54,970 nt of DNA from Candidatus Doudnabacteria bacterium (GTDB taxonomy: Bacteria > Patescibacteriota > Doudnabacteria > UBA920 > VMFF01), in assembly GCA_028286905.1 (NCBI GenBank), contig JAQBQP010000002.1, positions 1-54,970 on the forward strand, written 5' to 3'. This document shows, piece by piece, positions 7,846 through 14,772 of the stretch. The notes beneath the pieces are model-generated. The model did no database searches, was not told the origin of the DNA, and worked only from the letters and a program-made list of their open reading frames with translations. Positions within the stretch are counted from its first letter, which is position 1, and the number at the start of each line of letters is the position of its first letter. A program made the translations under genes and the position numbers.

Positions 7846-8334
7846 TTAATTATTTGGTTTAATAGTTACGGACTTGTTTTTTTTGCTTTTTGCACTAAGA
7901 TCTATTTCCAGTACTTGCGCAATATCTTTTAGCGCATCAACAATAGTAGCTAATTGTTTCGGGTTGAGTTTGGCTAAAATTCGTTCTGACCATTTCAGCT
8001 GTCGAGCATAAATAGTGGTTAGAACCTTTAAACCCTTTGGCGTAAGTTCGAGTAATTTAGTTCGGCGATCAGGATGATCTTTATAGGCGATTAAACCTTC
8101 TACTGCTAGAATATCTGCGACTCTTTGTACGCTCTGTCGGGCATGTCCTATGTCTCGAGCAATTTCTGCTACTGTTTGTGGCTTAAAGGCTCGGCCGAGC
8201 ACTTGCCATCGGGCGCTACTCTGTCCTATTGGCTGAGCAATGTTCTCTCCAGCTTGAATGATTAAGCTGTTAAGTTTAAAAATGCTCAGCGCAAAGACAG
8301 TCCAACTATCTTCTGGTATTTTTGAAGGTTTCAT
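7846..8334 (-). CDS. MarR-family transcriptional regulator
   Basis: Winged-HTH signature QTVAEIARDIGHARQSVQRVADILAVEGLI...DRRTKLLELTPKG. I prefer the ATG at 8334 over the GTG at 8361 because the GTG lies inside the operator palindrome. Confidence 0.8.
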   Translation of the reverse strand: MKPSKIPEDSWTVFALSIFKLNSLIIQAGENIAQPIGQSSARWQVLGRAFKPQTVAEIARDIGHARQSVQRVADILAVEGLIAYKDHPDRRTKLLELTPKGLKVLTTIYARQLKWSERILAKLNPKQLATIVDALKDIAQVLEIDLSAKSKKNKSVTIKPNN

Positions 8335-8339
8335 AATAG

Positions 8340-8381
8340 AATTGTAGTCTATTGACAGCACACTGTCAATAGACTACAATT
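8340..8381. promoter_or_regulatory. Perfect 19-bp inverted repeat (4-nt spacer) containing two overlapping divergent TTGACA-N17-TACAAT promoters; probable MarR operator
   Basis: Arms at 8340-8358 and 8363-8381. Plus strand: -35 at 8352-8357 and -10 at 8375-8380. The mirror image is present on the minus strand. Confidence 0.7.
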
Positions 8382-8415
8382 GAAATAACTAATATTTAAA
8401 ACAAGCGAGAATAAA

Positions 8416-8622
8416 ATGGCATTAGGTGATAATTACTTAGAGAAAATGAAAGAGAAAACCGGCAAAGCACCGAAGGATTTTCTTCCACTTGCAAAAGCAA
8501 AAGGCTATGACAATTCTGAGGTGAAGCCAGGTATAATAATAGCTTGGTTGAAAAAAGACTTTGGTCTTGGCCACGGCTATGCAATGGCGTTGGCGCATTT
8601 TATTAAGACTCACAGTAAGTAG
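8416..8622 (+). CDS. DUF4287-like small protein
   Basis: The pattern KTGK...W(L)KKDFGLGHGYA.AL is characteristic of that family as I recall it. Confidence 0.55.
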   Translation: MALGDNYLEKMKEKTGKAPKDFLPLAKAKGYDNSEVKPGIIIAWLKKDFGLGHGYAMALAHFIKTHSK

Positions 8623-8732
8623 GAAAATACGAATAATGCATTCATTATACATCTGACCTAAGCTTTTAATTTGCTTAGATTAGGCTTATAATTAGATTGT
8701 TATATTAGTTATGTAAAATTAAAATAATAAGT

Positions 8733-9419
8733 ATGAAAAAAACCTTCGTGTTCATGAGTTTGTTAAGTTTACTTGCAGCAGGGTGTAGTCAAACGGCTCA
8801 AACTTCTATCAATTCCTCAACCACACCGACTACTCAAAGTACACTTCCTGTAACCAAAGATGTATCAGCCAGTGCTGAAAAAAACCCAATAACACAAGTT
8901 GCTGGGGAAGGTAATTCAAATTCGGCTTCAAACCCGAAAGTCGTTGATTCAAATGTTTCATCAACAGCCAATTTCAATCAGCATTTTTCTAATGACACTC
9001 TAGGTCTTTCAATGGATTATCCGTCAGATTGGAAAGAGGTTGGGGCTGATGTTGATAGTGATGGTAATCCTACAAAGGCTTTTATGAGCACTCAGGGTAG
9101 CAGAGGTGATACTTTTATAATAACAAAATTTTCTTCTTTAGATTTAATACCTCAAAGCTCTGGAAAGCCATTTTCTGATTTGGCTACCCAAAATGTAACC
9201 TTTAAAAACGGTATTTTAAAAGCGCATGTTAAGAGTGATGATGGTGGAAACGGCTATCTTTTTTTAAAAAGAATTTTTTGGATCCAAACTGGCGGTGCTT
9301 ACTACATGATAACTTTTCAAGTTTTAGATATGAAAAACTCTTATCAGACAGGCATGACTCTAACTGCAGACGAAACAAGCTTGATGAACGGTTTATTGCA
9401 AAGGGTTTTATTTAAATAG
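8733..9419 (+). CDS. Lipoprotein
   Basis: Signal peptide with lipobox LLAAGC, followed by a Ser/Thr-rich linker. Confidence 0.7.
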   Translation: MKKTFVFMSLLSLLAAGCSQTAQTSINSSTTPTTQSTLPVTKDVSASAEKNPITQVAGEGNSNSASNPKVVDSNVSSTANFNQHFSNDTLGLSMDYPSDWKEVGADVDSDGNPTKAFMSTQGSRGDTFIITKFSSLDLIPQSSGKPFSDLATQNVTFKNGILKAHVKSDDGGNGYLFLKRIFWIQTGGAYYMITFQVLDMKNSYQTGMTLTADETSLMNGLLQRVLFK

Positions 9420-9537
9420 AATTTATTTGGTTTCTTTTCTAATCGTGATATGATATTGGTATGAACTGTTAATCTAAAAGTTTAATTAAAAAAGTCGAAT
9501 CTCTTTTTAAGAAGACAGCTTTTGTTAATTTCTTTAA

Positions 9538-9558
9538 GCCGCCGAAAGGCGGTTTTTT
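9538..9558 (+). terminator. GAAA-loop terminator (GCCGCC GAAA GGCGG + TTTTTT)
   Basis: Same family as the hairpins at 10366-10388 and 13494-13516. Confidence 0.65.
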
Positions 9559-9564
9559 GTTGGT

Positions 9565-9593
9565 TAGACAAATTCTTTTTAAAGTGGTATATT
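9565..9593 (+). promoter_or_regulatory. Promoter TAGACA-N17(TGg)-TATATT (island 3); ~45-nt module shared with 14691-14730
   Basis: The sequence TAGACAAATT...TATATTCATTTATCCA is conserved in both copies. Confidence 0.65.
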
Positions 9594-9674
9594 CATTTAT
9601 CCAGCCACGGATAAATGTGAAATGCGACCTGCATTATTTCACAAGGACAACGCCTACTCTGACAGGAGGTTCGG

Positions 9675-10043
9675 ATGAAGGAAGTATTTATTTTCCTTGC
9701 GGGAGCCCTGACGGTGGTGGTGCTCTGTCTCGTAAGAGAAGTAACGCACAACTCCGTTGATGCGCGCTTCGCTCGTCTTCGAGAAGAGTTCAAGAGACAC
9801 ATTGGTCGCCCGGTGGAGGTTTTCAATAGCGACCCCACAGGCACGCTGTATCGGGTGATCAGCGTCGGCGACGATCACGCTGTGCTCGACGGTGGAAATG
9901 GTCGCGGCCCGATCATGTATCAATTCGCGTGCATGGCGGGAGTAAAGCCGCGGTACCTGGTTTCCAAGGGGAAAATCATTCCTACCGTGGGAAAAGGTGA
10001 AGCTCCGCTGATGGCGCGGTTGCTTTCTGGGGTAGGCAGATAG
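9675..10043 (+). CDS. GC-rich membrane-anchored orphan protein, 122 aa (island 3)
   Basis: Strong SD AGGAGG 6 nt upstream. N-terminal TM helix FIFLAGALTVVVLCLV. Confidence 0.55.
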   Translation: MKEVFIFLAGALTVVVLCLVREVTHNSVDARFARLREEFKRHIGRPVEVFNSDPTGTLYRVISVGDDHAVLDGGNGRGPIMYQFACMAGVKPRYLVSKGKIIPTVGKGEAPLMARLLSGVGR

Positions 10044-10048
10044 TTGGC

Positions 10049-10077
10049 TTGACATCATACGTTGTTACTTGTAAAAT
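10049..10077 (+). promoter_or_regulatory. Promoter TTGACA-N17-TAAAAT driving gcRNA-C
   Basis: -35 at 10049-10054 and -10 at 10072-10077. It starts 6 nt after the stop of the upstream ORF. Confidence 0.6.
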
Positions 10078-10083
10078 GCGTGA

Positions 10084-10322
10084 AAGTAATAAATCAAAAA
10101 AAGTAGTAAATCAAAAAGAAGGGCCGCGAGCTCAGGTTAAGCCAACGTGCTAAACGCCGTTTGATCAACGGGGGACCTGAAGTAGTGGAATGAAAGTTTT
10201 TCTTTTGAACAGGTATTCTGTGGTGATCCACAACTTGGTTACTAAGTAAGTAGCTGGGGGAATATCTCTCAGGAGTATGTTCTGAGGGGCGCTAGGTCAT
10301 ATTGACTAGCGCCCTCTTTGTT
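10084..10322 (+). ncRNA. gcRNA-C: ~240-nt non-coding RNA candidate with a 2 x 17-nt A-rich tandem repeat at its 5' end
   Basis: Repeat units at 10085-10101 and 10102-10118. Ends in a 9-bp terminator stem. No ORF. Confidence 0.4.
10287..10322 (+). terminator. Terminator (GGGCGCTAG / CTAGCGCCC + TCTTTGTT)
   Basis: 9-bp GC-rich stem. Confidence 0.7.
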
Positions 10323-10365
10323 ATATAACATCCCTTGTATCCTACTGTTAATTGTCGTATGCAGC

Positions 10366-10402
10366 AGTCGCCGAAAGGCGGCTTTTTTGTTATGCTTCGA
10401 AT
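10366..10402 (+). promoter_or_regulatory. Composite GAAA-loop terminator + extended -10 (TGtTATGCT, 10388-10396) placed 6 nt before the galE ATG (leaderless)
   Basis: The -10 ends at 10396 and the ATG is at 10403. Confidence 0.6.
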
Positions 10403-11383
10403 ATGAAAATACTAGTCACAGGCGGCGCAGGCTATATTGGCAGCGTTGTTGCTGAGACTTTAATAAATACGGGCTATGAAGTTATCGTTGTAGATAACTT
10501 TTTTGGTGATGAAAAAAGCCCTATCAATCCAAAAATTAAATTGATAAAGGGTGACATTGGCGACCTTGAAATTTTACGAAGGATCTTCGAAGAAAACGAT
10601 ATTGATGCTGTAATGCACTTAGCAGCGTTCATTGAGGTGGAAGAGTCAATGCGCTTGCCACAAAAATATTTTGAAAATAATTACGAAAAACCGCTTCGAT
10701 TGTTAGAAGCAATGCGTAAGGCAAGGACAAAGCTTTTAATTTTTTCCTCAACTGCTGCGGTATACGGAATTCCCAATAGTTCTCCGATTAAGGAGACTGA
10801 TTTAACTAATCCGATCAACCCTTATGGAGAAAGTAAACTTAAATTTGAAAAAGCGTTATTTGATGAACAACAAAAGTACGGACTAAAGTACGTTGCATTG
10901 CGATACTTTAATGCGGCCGGAGCAACCCCAGAACATGGCGTGATGGGGTCTCACCAAACACATTTGATATCTGTCGCCATGCAAGTTGCGACAGGAGAGC
11001 GGGATAGTATAAAACTTTATGGGAATGACTATCCTACTAAAGATGGTACGTGCATAAGAGACTATGTTCATGTTCAAGATATTGCCAGTGCGCACTTGGT
11101 GGTTTTAAATTTTTTAAAGACTCAGACTTCGCCCGAAGCAAATAAATTTACTGATAATGTCTATAATGTAGGTTCAGGCCAGGGATATTCAAATAAAGAA
11201 GTGCTTGATGAAATACAAAAAATTTCTGGTAAAAAATTAAATATTGTTCTCGCCGAACGTCGGCTTGGCGATCCCCCAGCACTTTTGGCGGACATATCTA
11301 AAATATCAGAATTAGGATGGGAGGCAGAACACTCAGGCTTAATAAATATTATTAAAACTGCATGGGGTTGGAAGAAGGGATAG
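10403..11383 (+). CDS. galE: UDP-glucose 4-epimerase
   Basis: MKILVTGGAGYIGS NAD-binding motif and the YGESK catalytic YxxxK. I prefer the ATG at 10403 over the TTG at 10352, which lies within the terminator. Confidence 0.9.
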   Translation: MKILVTGGAGYIGSVVAETLINTGYEVIVVDNFFGDEKSPINPKIKLIKGDIGDLEILRRIFEENDIDAVMHLAAFIEVEESMRLPQKYFENNYEKPLRLLEAMRKARTKLLIFSSTAAVYGIPNSSPIKETDLTNPINPYGESKLKFEKALFDEQQKYGLKYVALRYFNAAGATPEHGVMGSHQTHLISVAMQVATGERDSIKLYGNDYPTKDGTCIRDYVHVQDIASAHLVVLNFLKTQTSPEANKFTDNVYNVGSGQGYSNKEVLDEIQKISGKKLNIVLAERRLGDPPALLADISKISELGWEAEHSGLINIIKTAWGWKKG

Positions 11384-11390
11384 TTGCTTG

Positions 11391-11408
11391 TCGATGGCTT
11401 TTCTCTTT
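11391..11408 (+). repeat. Truncated family-1 module (3' arm only: TCGATGGCTTTTCTCTTT)
   Basis: It follows TAGTTGC, which contains the galE stop. The 5' arm of the hairpin is deleted relative to 15343-15405. Confidence 0.55.
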
Positions 11409-11409
11409 G

Positions 11410-11438
11410 TTGACAACACAGGCAAAGAAATATATTCT
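11410..11438 (+). promoter_or_regulatory. Promoter TTGACA-N17-TATTCT (island 4)
   Basis: -35 at 11410-11415 and -10 at 11433-11438. Confidence 0.6.
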
Positions 11439-11460
11439 AAGTTATCCATCTTCTGATGAG

Positions 11461-11649
11461 ATGGCAGACACTCAAATGGAGGATTCTCGGATGGTGTTAG
11501 CTATCGCGATGAGTGCATCACAGTGGGCTCGACTGCACCCGCCAACCCTGCTCGGCCAGACAATTGGACTGGCCATGCTATTTGGCCCAGTGCTTCTGGT
11601 CCTGCTGTTCGAGCATCTTCGCTCTGGGAGGCAGCAGCGGGTGGCGTAG
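11461..11649 (+). CDS. Possible 62-aa hydrophobic peptide inside gcRNA-D
   Basis: ATG without an SD. One TM-like segment (TIGLAMLFGPVLLVLLF). Mutually exclusive with a purely non-coding reading of this region. Confidence 0.2.
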   Translation: MADTQMEDSRMVLAIAMSASQWARLHPPTLLGQTIGLAMLFGPVLLVLLFEHLRSGRQQRVA

Positions 11650-11672
11650 CACCTGACGCGGAGGCTCAGTGT

Positions 11673-11709
11673 GCGCGGAACAATCATCTTGGTTCCGCGC
11701 TTTTCTTTT
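11673..11709 (+). terminator. Family-3 terminator copy 2
   Basis: GCGCGGAAC ... GTTCCGCGC followed by TTTTCTTTT. Confidence 0.7.
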
Positions 11710-11748
11710 AATGCCTATCCTTTGAATCACAATTTGTATAGGAGGGTG

Positions 11749-12198
11749 ATGACAATGTCTGTATTGCTCATGTCCCTGATAACACCAGTTCGTGCAAAGA
11801 ACACCGATCTTGTCCCTACATATTGGACGGTAGAGATTGATCGTTTGGAAGGTGAGGTAGACCTCGCTAATCTCGACTACTCTTCTTGCCCCGTGCAGAA
11901 CGGCGAGACCTGTATCAATGGCGACACTATGCTCGAACGGTCGGCGGCGTCGGATGTCTGTGGTAGTCTCGGCTTCGCAGCTGCACTATTCATGGCACAG
12001 AAAAACGGAAAGGATATCTTTCCCGTCGAGTCTCGTGGTAAGCATGATTTCTTAATGCCGCGAACTGTTTTGATCGATGACACTCGCCGACGCCGCATGG
12101 CTCGTTTCGGCTGGAGCGGTAAGCGTTGGGGGTTCAGTTTTTGTTGGTTGGGCTACGGTTTCCTGCCCAATACTCGGTTTGTTCGTCCCGCGAGGTAG
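11749..12198 (+). CDS. GC-rich orphan protein with a signal-peptide-like N-terminus, ~149 aa (island 4)
   Basis: SD GGAGGG lies upstream. The start could be ATG 11749 or ATG 11755. N-terminus MTMSVLLMSLITPVRA; several Cys residues. Confidence 0.45.
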   Translation: MTMSVLLMSLITPVRAKNTDLVPTYWTVEIDRLEGEVDLANLDYSSCPVQNGETCINGDTMLERSAASDVCGSLGFAAALFMAQKNGKDIFPVESRGKHDFLMPRTVLIDDTRRRRMARFGWSGKRWGFSFCWLGYGFLPNTRFVRPAR

Positions 12199-12253
12199 GC
12201 TAAGTTATTGTAGAGAGAAGCAAGCGCACAAATTCCCTCAACACGAGAGCGCA

Positions 12254-12715
12254 ATGGATAACAAGCCTGAAGCACTTGTATGCGTCAAGGATGAGCAAGC
12301 TTCCGCAGTACGAGATAAGGTTCGGCAAGATCGGGCGCGTTTGTTGGCGGGCATGTTTTCCGAAGCCCAACGCCTCGTGCGAGATCAACAAACCAATAGG
12401 GCTTCGTGCCTATTGGGCGTCATGCATCAGATTGCTCAAGAACTTGCAGCAATACTCAACACTGAAGTGTTCTCTCCTCAGAACACCCACCGAGCCCGCT
12501 TGTTTGTCATATGTGGGAGATACTATTATGTGTATGACAAGATGGATTCGCCTTGGCAACAAGATCGAACGGTGGGTGAGGAGGATCTAGAACATAAAGG
12601 CTATCTCGTGGCAACCTTCATGGGCAATCATAACGAAGTGGTTAGCCTCATTGGTATCGCTACAAGGGAGCTGAAGATCACGCAGGTGTATGTCTATCAT
12701 TCAAGTCCGCGTTGA
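12254..12715 (+). CDS. GC-rich orphan protein, ~153 aa (island 4)
   Basis: This is the first in-frame ATG that does not overlap the previous ORF. The SD is weak. Confidence 0.4.
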   Translation: MDNKPEALVCVKDEQASAVRDKVRQDRARLLAGMFSEAQRLVRDQQTNRASCLLGVMHQIAQELAAILNTEVFSPQNTHRARLFVICGRYYYVYDKMDSPWQQDRTVGEEDLEHKGYLVATFMGNHNEVVSLIGIATRELKITQVYVYHSSPR

Positions 12716-12796
12716 AGACAAGTTGGCCGCGGTGGCAAACCCGTTTGCTTTCAAAAGCGAAAAGCGAGTATCAAACCACTCTAGCCGGAGTATGTC

Positions 12797-12976
12797 GTGG
12801 ATTTTGAACAAGAGAAAACCCCTCCGATATTAATTTGTTCGGAGTGCGGAGCAGAATTTTCCAGGAACGAGGGCGATGCTCAGAGTAACCATATGGCCGA
12901 ATGCCATAAGGATGTCGTTCTGGCTCGGCTCATTGACCCGGAAGAGTTTGGGCAGCAAAGCTCGATGCTCCGTTGA
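12797..12976 (+). CDS. Possible 59-aa zinc-ribbon-like peptide (GTG start)
   Basis: CSEC ... HMAECH pattern. Not on the ORF track (below its length cutoff). It lies directly before the family-3 terminator. Confidence 0.2.
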   Translation: MDFEQEKTPPILICSECGAEFSRNEGDAQSNHMAECHKDVVLARLIDPEEFGQQSSMLR

Positions 12977-13020
12977 GCGGTAGGTAAGGAGGAAACACAG
13001 CGCATCATGCGCACGCAATT

Positions 13021-13059
13021 GCGCGGGGCAACCATCTTGGTTCCCGCGCTTTTAGTTTT
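13021..13059 (+). terminator. Family-3 terminator copy 3
   Basis: GCGCGGGGCAACC ... GGTTCCCGCGC followed by TTTTAGTTTT. Confidence 0.65.
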
Positions 13060-13080
13060 ACTTCTTACATTTTTGGCGTT

Positions 13081-13097
13081 TCGACGGTCTTTTCTCT
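13081..13097 (+). repeat. Degenerate family-1 3' arm (TCGACGGTCTTTTCTCT) followed by a TAGCAT -10-like box
   Basis: Aligns to GTCGACGGCCTTTTCTCT of the intact copies. Confidence 0.45.
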
Positions 13098-13148
13098 CGC
13101 ATAGCATAGGAGTACAATATAGATGAATCACTATTAAGCTAATGTAGC

Positions 13149-13466
13149 ATGTCTAATTTTGAAATATCTAAAGAGAAAATTCTTCCTATAGCTAAATGGT
13201 TAAACCGAAGTATGCTCTTGTTAGAAGGTATTTTTATTATTTGTTATGGTATTTTTGTAGCTCCCGTTGTAAGTGGAGCGGGTGCGCTTGGTCCGTTTCC
13301 TTTGTATATAAATTTAATCTGGTGGTTACTTATTTTAATTTGGTTATTCTATCTTAGTATTGCTATAGTTGCTAAGGATGTAAAACGTGCTGGCAAAGTA
13401 GTCCTAAATGTTATTTTAATCTGGATAGCAATATTTGTTCTTTATGGATATTATAATCTTACCTAA
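13149..13466 (+). CDS. Small membrane protein
   Basis: 105-aa ORF with three hydrophobic helices. Confidence 0.55.
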   Translation: MSNFEISKEKILPIAKWLNRSMLLLEGIFIICYGIFVAPVVSGAGALGPFPLYINLIWWLLILIWLFYLSIAIVAKDVKRAGKVVLNVILIWIAIFVLYGYYNLT

Positions 13467-13493
13467 ACTCCAATTAACCGTGTAGAGAATATG

Positions 13494-13530
13494 AATCGCC
13501 TGAAAGGCGGTTTTTTGTTATTCTAAGAGC
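13494..13530 (+). promoter_or_regulatory. Composite GAAA-loop terminator + extended -10 (TGtTATTCT, 13516-13524) placed 6 nt before the uppP ATG (leaderless)
   Basis: The -10 ends at 13524 and the ATG is at 13531. Confidence 0.6.
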
Positions 13531-14391
13531 ATGATTACATATTTTCAAGCGATTATTATCGGACTTTTACAAGGCGTTTCCGAATTATTTCCAATCTCTA
13601 GCTTGGGTCATAGCGTTATTCTTCCCAGGTTAGTTGGTTGGAATATAAATCAGAACGATCCTTTCTTTTTAACATTTTTAGTAGCGACGCATTTAGCAAC
13701 TGCGTTAGTTTTATTTTTCTTTTTTCGAAAGGATTGGATCAATATTATAAAAGGAATGGGGCGCTCTTTAAAAGAGCGAGAAATTAAGACTGATAATTAT
13801 CATGCCAAGCTTGGGTGGTTATTGGTAGTAGGAACTATTCCAACAGGGGTGCTGGGGTTATTGCTAGAAGAAAAGTTACGCGCGCTCTTTGCTTCTGCAT
13901 CTTCTGCAGCTTTTTTTCTGATCTTGAACGGCCTCTTGCTATATGCAGCTGAAATTTTAAAAAGAAAAGCACCTGAAAATAATGATGAGATTGGTTCCGA
14001 CAAGCGGTTGGCAAATTTAAACTTCTCGCAAGCTATAAAAGTAGGACTGGCTCAAATAATCGCACTGATTCCGGGGTTCTCTCGTTCTGGAGCTACAATG
14101 GCTGGCGGTTTAGCAGTGGGTCTTTCGCATGAAGACGCGGTAAGGTATAGTTTTTTATTAGCTACGCCGATTATTGGCGCAGCGGCGGTTCTAAAATTGC
14201 CAGAATTTTTTAAACCAGAAAACCATAATTTGATTGGACCTGCTTTGGTTGGCGCGCTATGCGCCGCCGGAGCTGCCATTGTCACTGTAAAATTTTTAGT
14301 TAAATATTTTCATACAAATAAATTAACCCCTTTCGCCATTTATTGTTTGGCGGCCGGGGTTATTTATTCTGCGCTGTTGTATTTTAGATAG
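13531..14391 (+). CDS. uppP: Undecaprenyl-diphosphate phosphatase
   Basis: The N-terminal sequence GLLQGVSELFPISSLGHS is typical of BacA/UppP. Eight hydrophobic segments. Confidence 0.9.
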   Translation: MITYFQAIIIGLLQGVSELFPISSLGHSVILPRLVGWNINQNDPFFLTFLVATHLATALVLFFFFRKDWINIIKGMGRSLKEREIKTDNYHAKLGWLLVVGTIPTGVLGLLLEEKLRALFASASSAAFFLILNGLLLYAAEILKRKAPENNDEIGSDKRLANLNFSQAIKVGLAQIIALIPGFSRSGATMAGGLAVGLSHEDAVRYSFLLATPIIGAAAVLKLPEFFKPENHNLIGPALVGALCAAGAAIVTVKFLVKYFHTNKLTPFAIYCLAAGVIYSALLYFR

Positions 14392-14614
14392 CTTGCTTTG
14401 GTCCACTTTTGAACCAAGCAAAAATGAACAAACCAATCGCAACCACAAACGAGGCTAGGCTATGCTTTGTGTGTATATGGTTGGACCCTGCAAGAGAGCC
14501 GGGGAAAAAACTTGGCAAAGTTTCAGCTGAATGGCTGGCATAAATATAGCCAATATAGATAAGTATTACTCCTAAAATTACTGCTGCAGTAACTATTCCT
14601 TTATTTTTATTCAT
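14384..14614 (-). CDS. Small membrane protein (2 TM)
   Basis: 76-aa ORF, convergent with uppP. Confidence 0.45.
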   Translation of the reverse strand: MNKNKGIVTAAVILGVILIYIGYIYASHSAETLPSFFPGSLAGSNHIHTKHSLASFVVAIGLFIFAWFKSGPKQAI

Positions 14615-14690
14615 AAATTTTATTACTAATTATATCGACAGTATACCATTTAATCTGGCAAAGAAAGCATTTTTACAGGTGCTTTTTGTC

Positions 14691-14719
14691 TAGACAAATT
14701 GATATTAAAATGATATATT
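14691..14719 (+). promoter_or_regulatory. Promoter TAGACA-N17(TGa)-TATATT (island 5); copy 2 of the module at 9565-9605
   Basis: -35 at 14691-14696 and -10 at 14714-14719. Confidence 0.65.
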
Positions 14720-14772
14720 CATTTATCCAAGTCTCTAGTCCTGGCTATGGGACACCAACCTTCGAGGTAAAC

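Larger units (their letters stand above)
11445..11709 (+). ncRNA. gcRNA-D: ~265-nt GC-rich leader or ncRNA ending in a family-3 terminator directly upstream of the island-4 ORFs
   Basis: I see no promoter between the terminator and the SD of the next ORF, so this looks like an attenuator or riboswitch-like arrangement. It might alternatively encode the 62-aa peptide listed below. Confidence 0.35.

Noticed and set aside
9563-9569. GTTAGAC (also at 172-178 and 3522-3528) fits the integron attC core GTTRRRY, which raises the idea of an integron-like cassette array.
   Set aside because: I could not find a partner inverse core (RYYYAAC) at attC-like distance, and no integron integrase is present. 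In addition, integron cassettes are typically promoterless, whereas these cassettes carry their own promoters. The motif is better explained as a TTAGAC/TAGACA -35 element.
11453-11460. CTGATGAG, the hammerhead ribozyme core box, at the start of gcRNA-D.
   Set aside because: No downstream CGAAA/GAAAC core element exists and no three-helix junction can be drawn, so this is probably a chance octamer.
9557-14772. Upstream alternative starts on the ORF track: 9557 (67 aa), 10352 for galE, 11671, 12077 and 14686.
   Set aside because: They begin inside or upstream of the mapped promoters or terminators, or they overlap the preceding ORF. In-frame ATGs with SD or leaderless signals give more coherent gene models.
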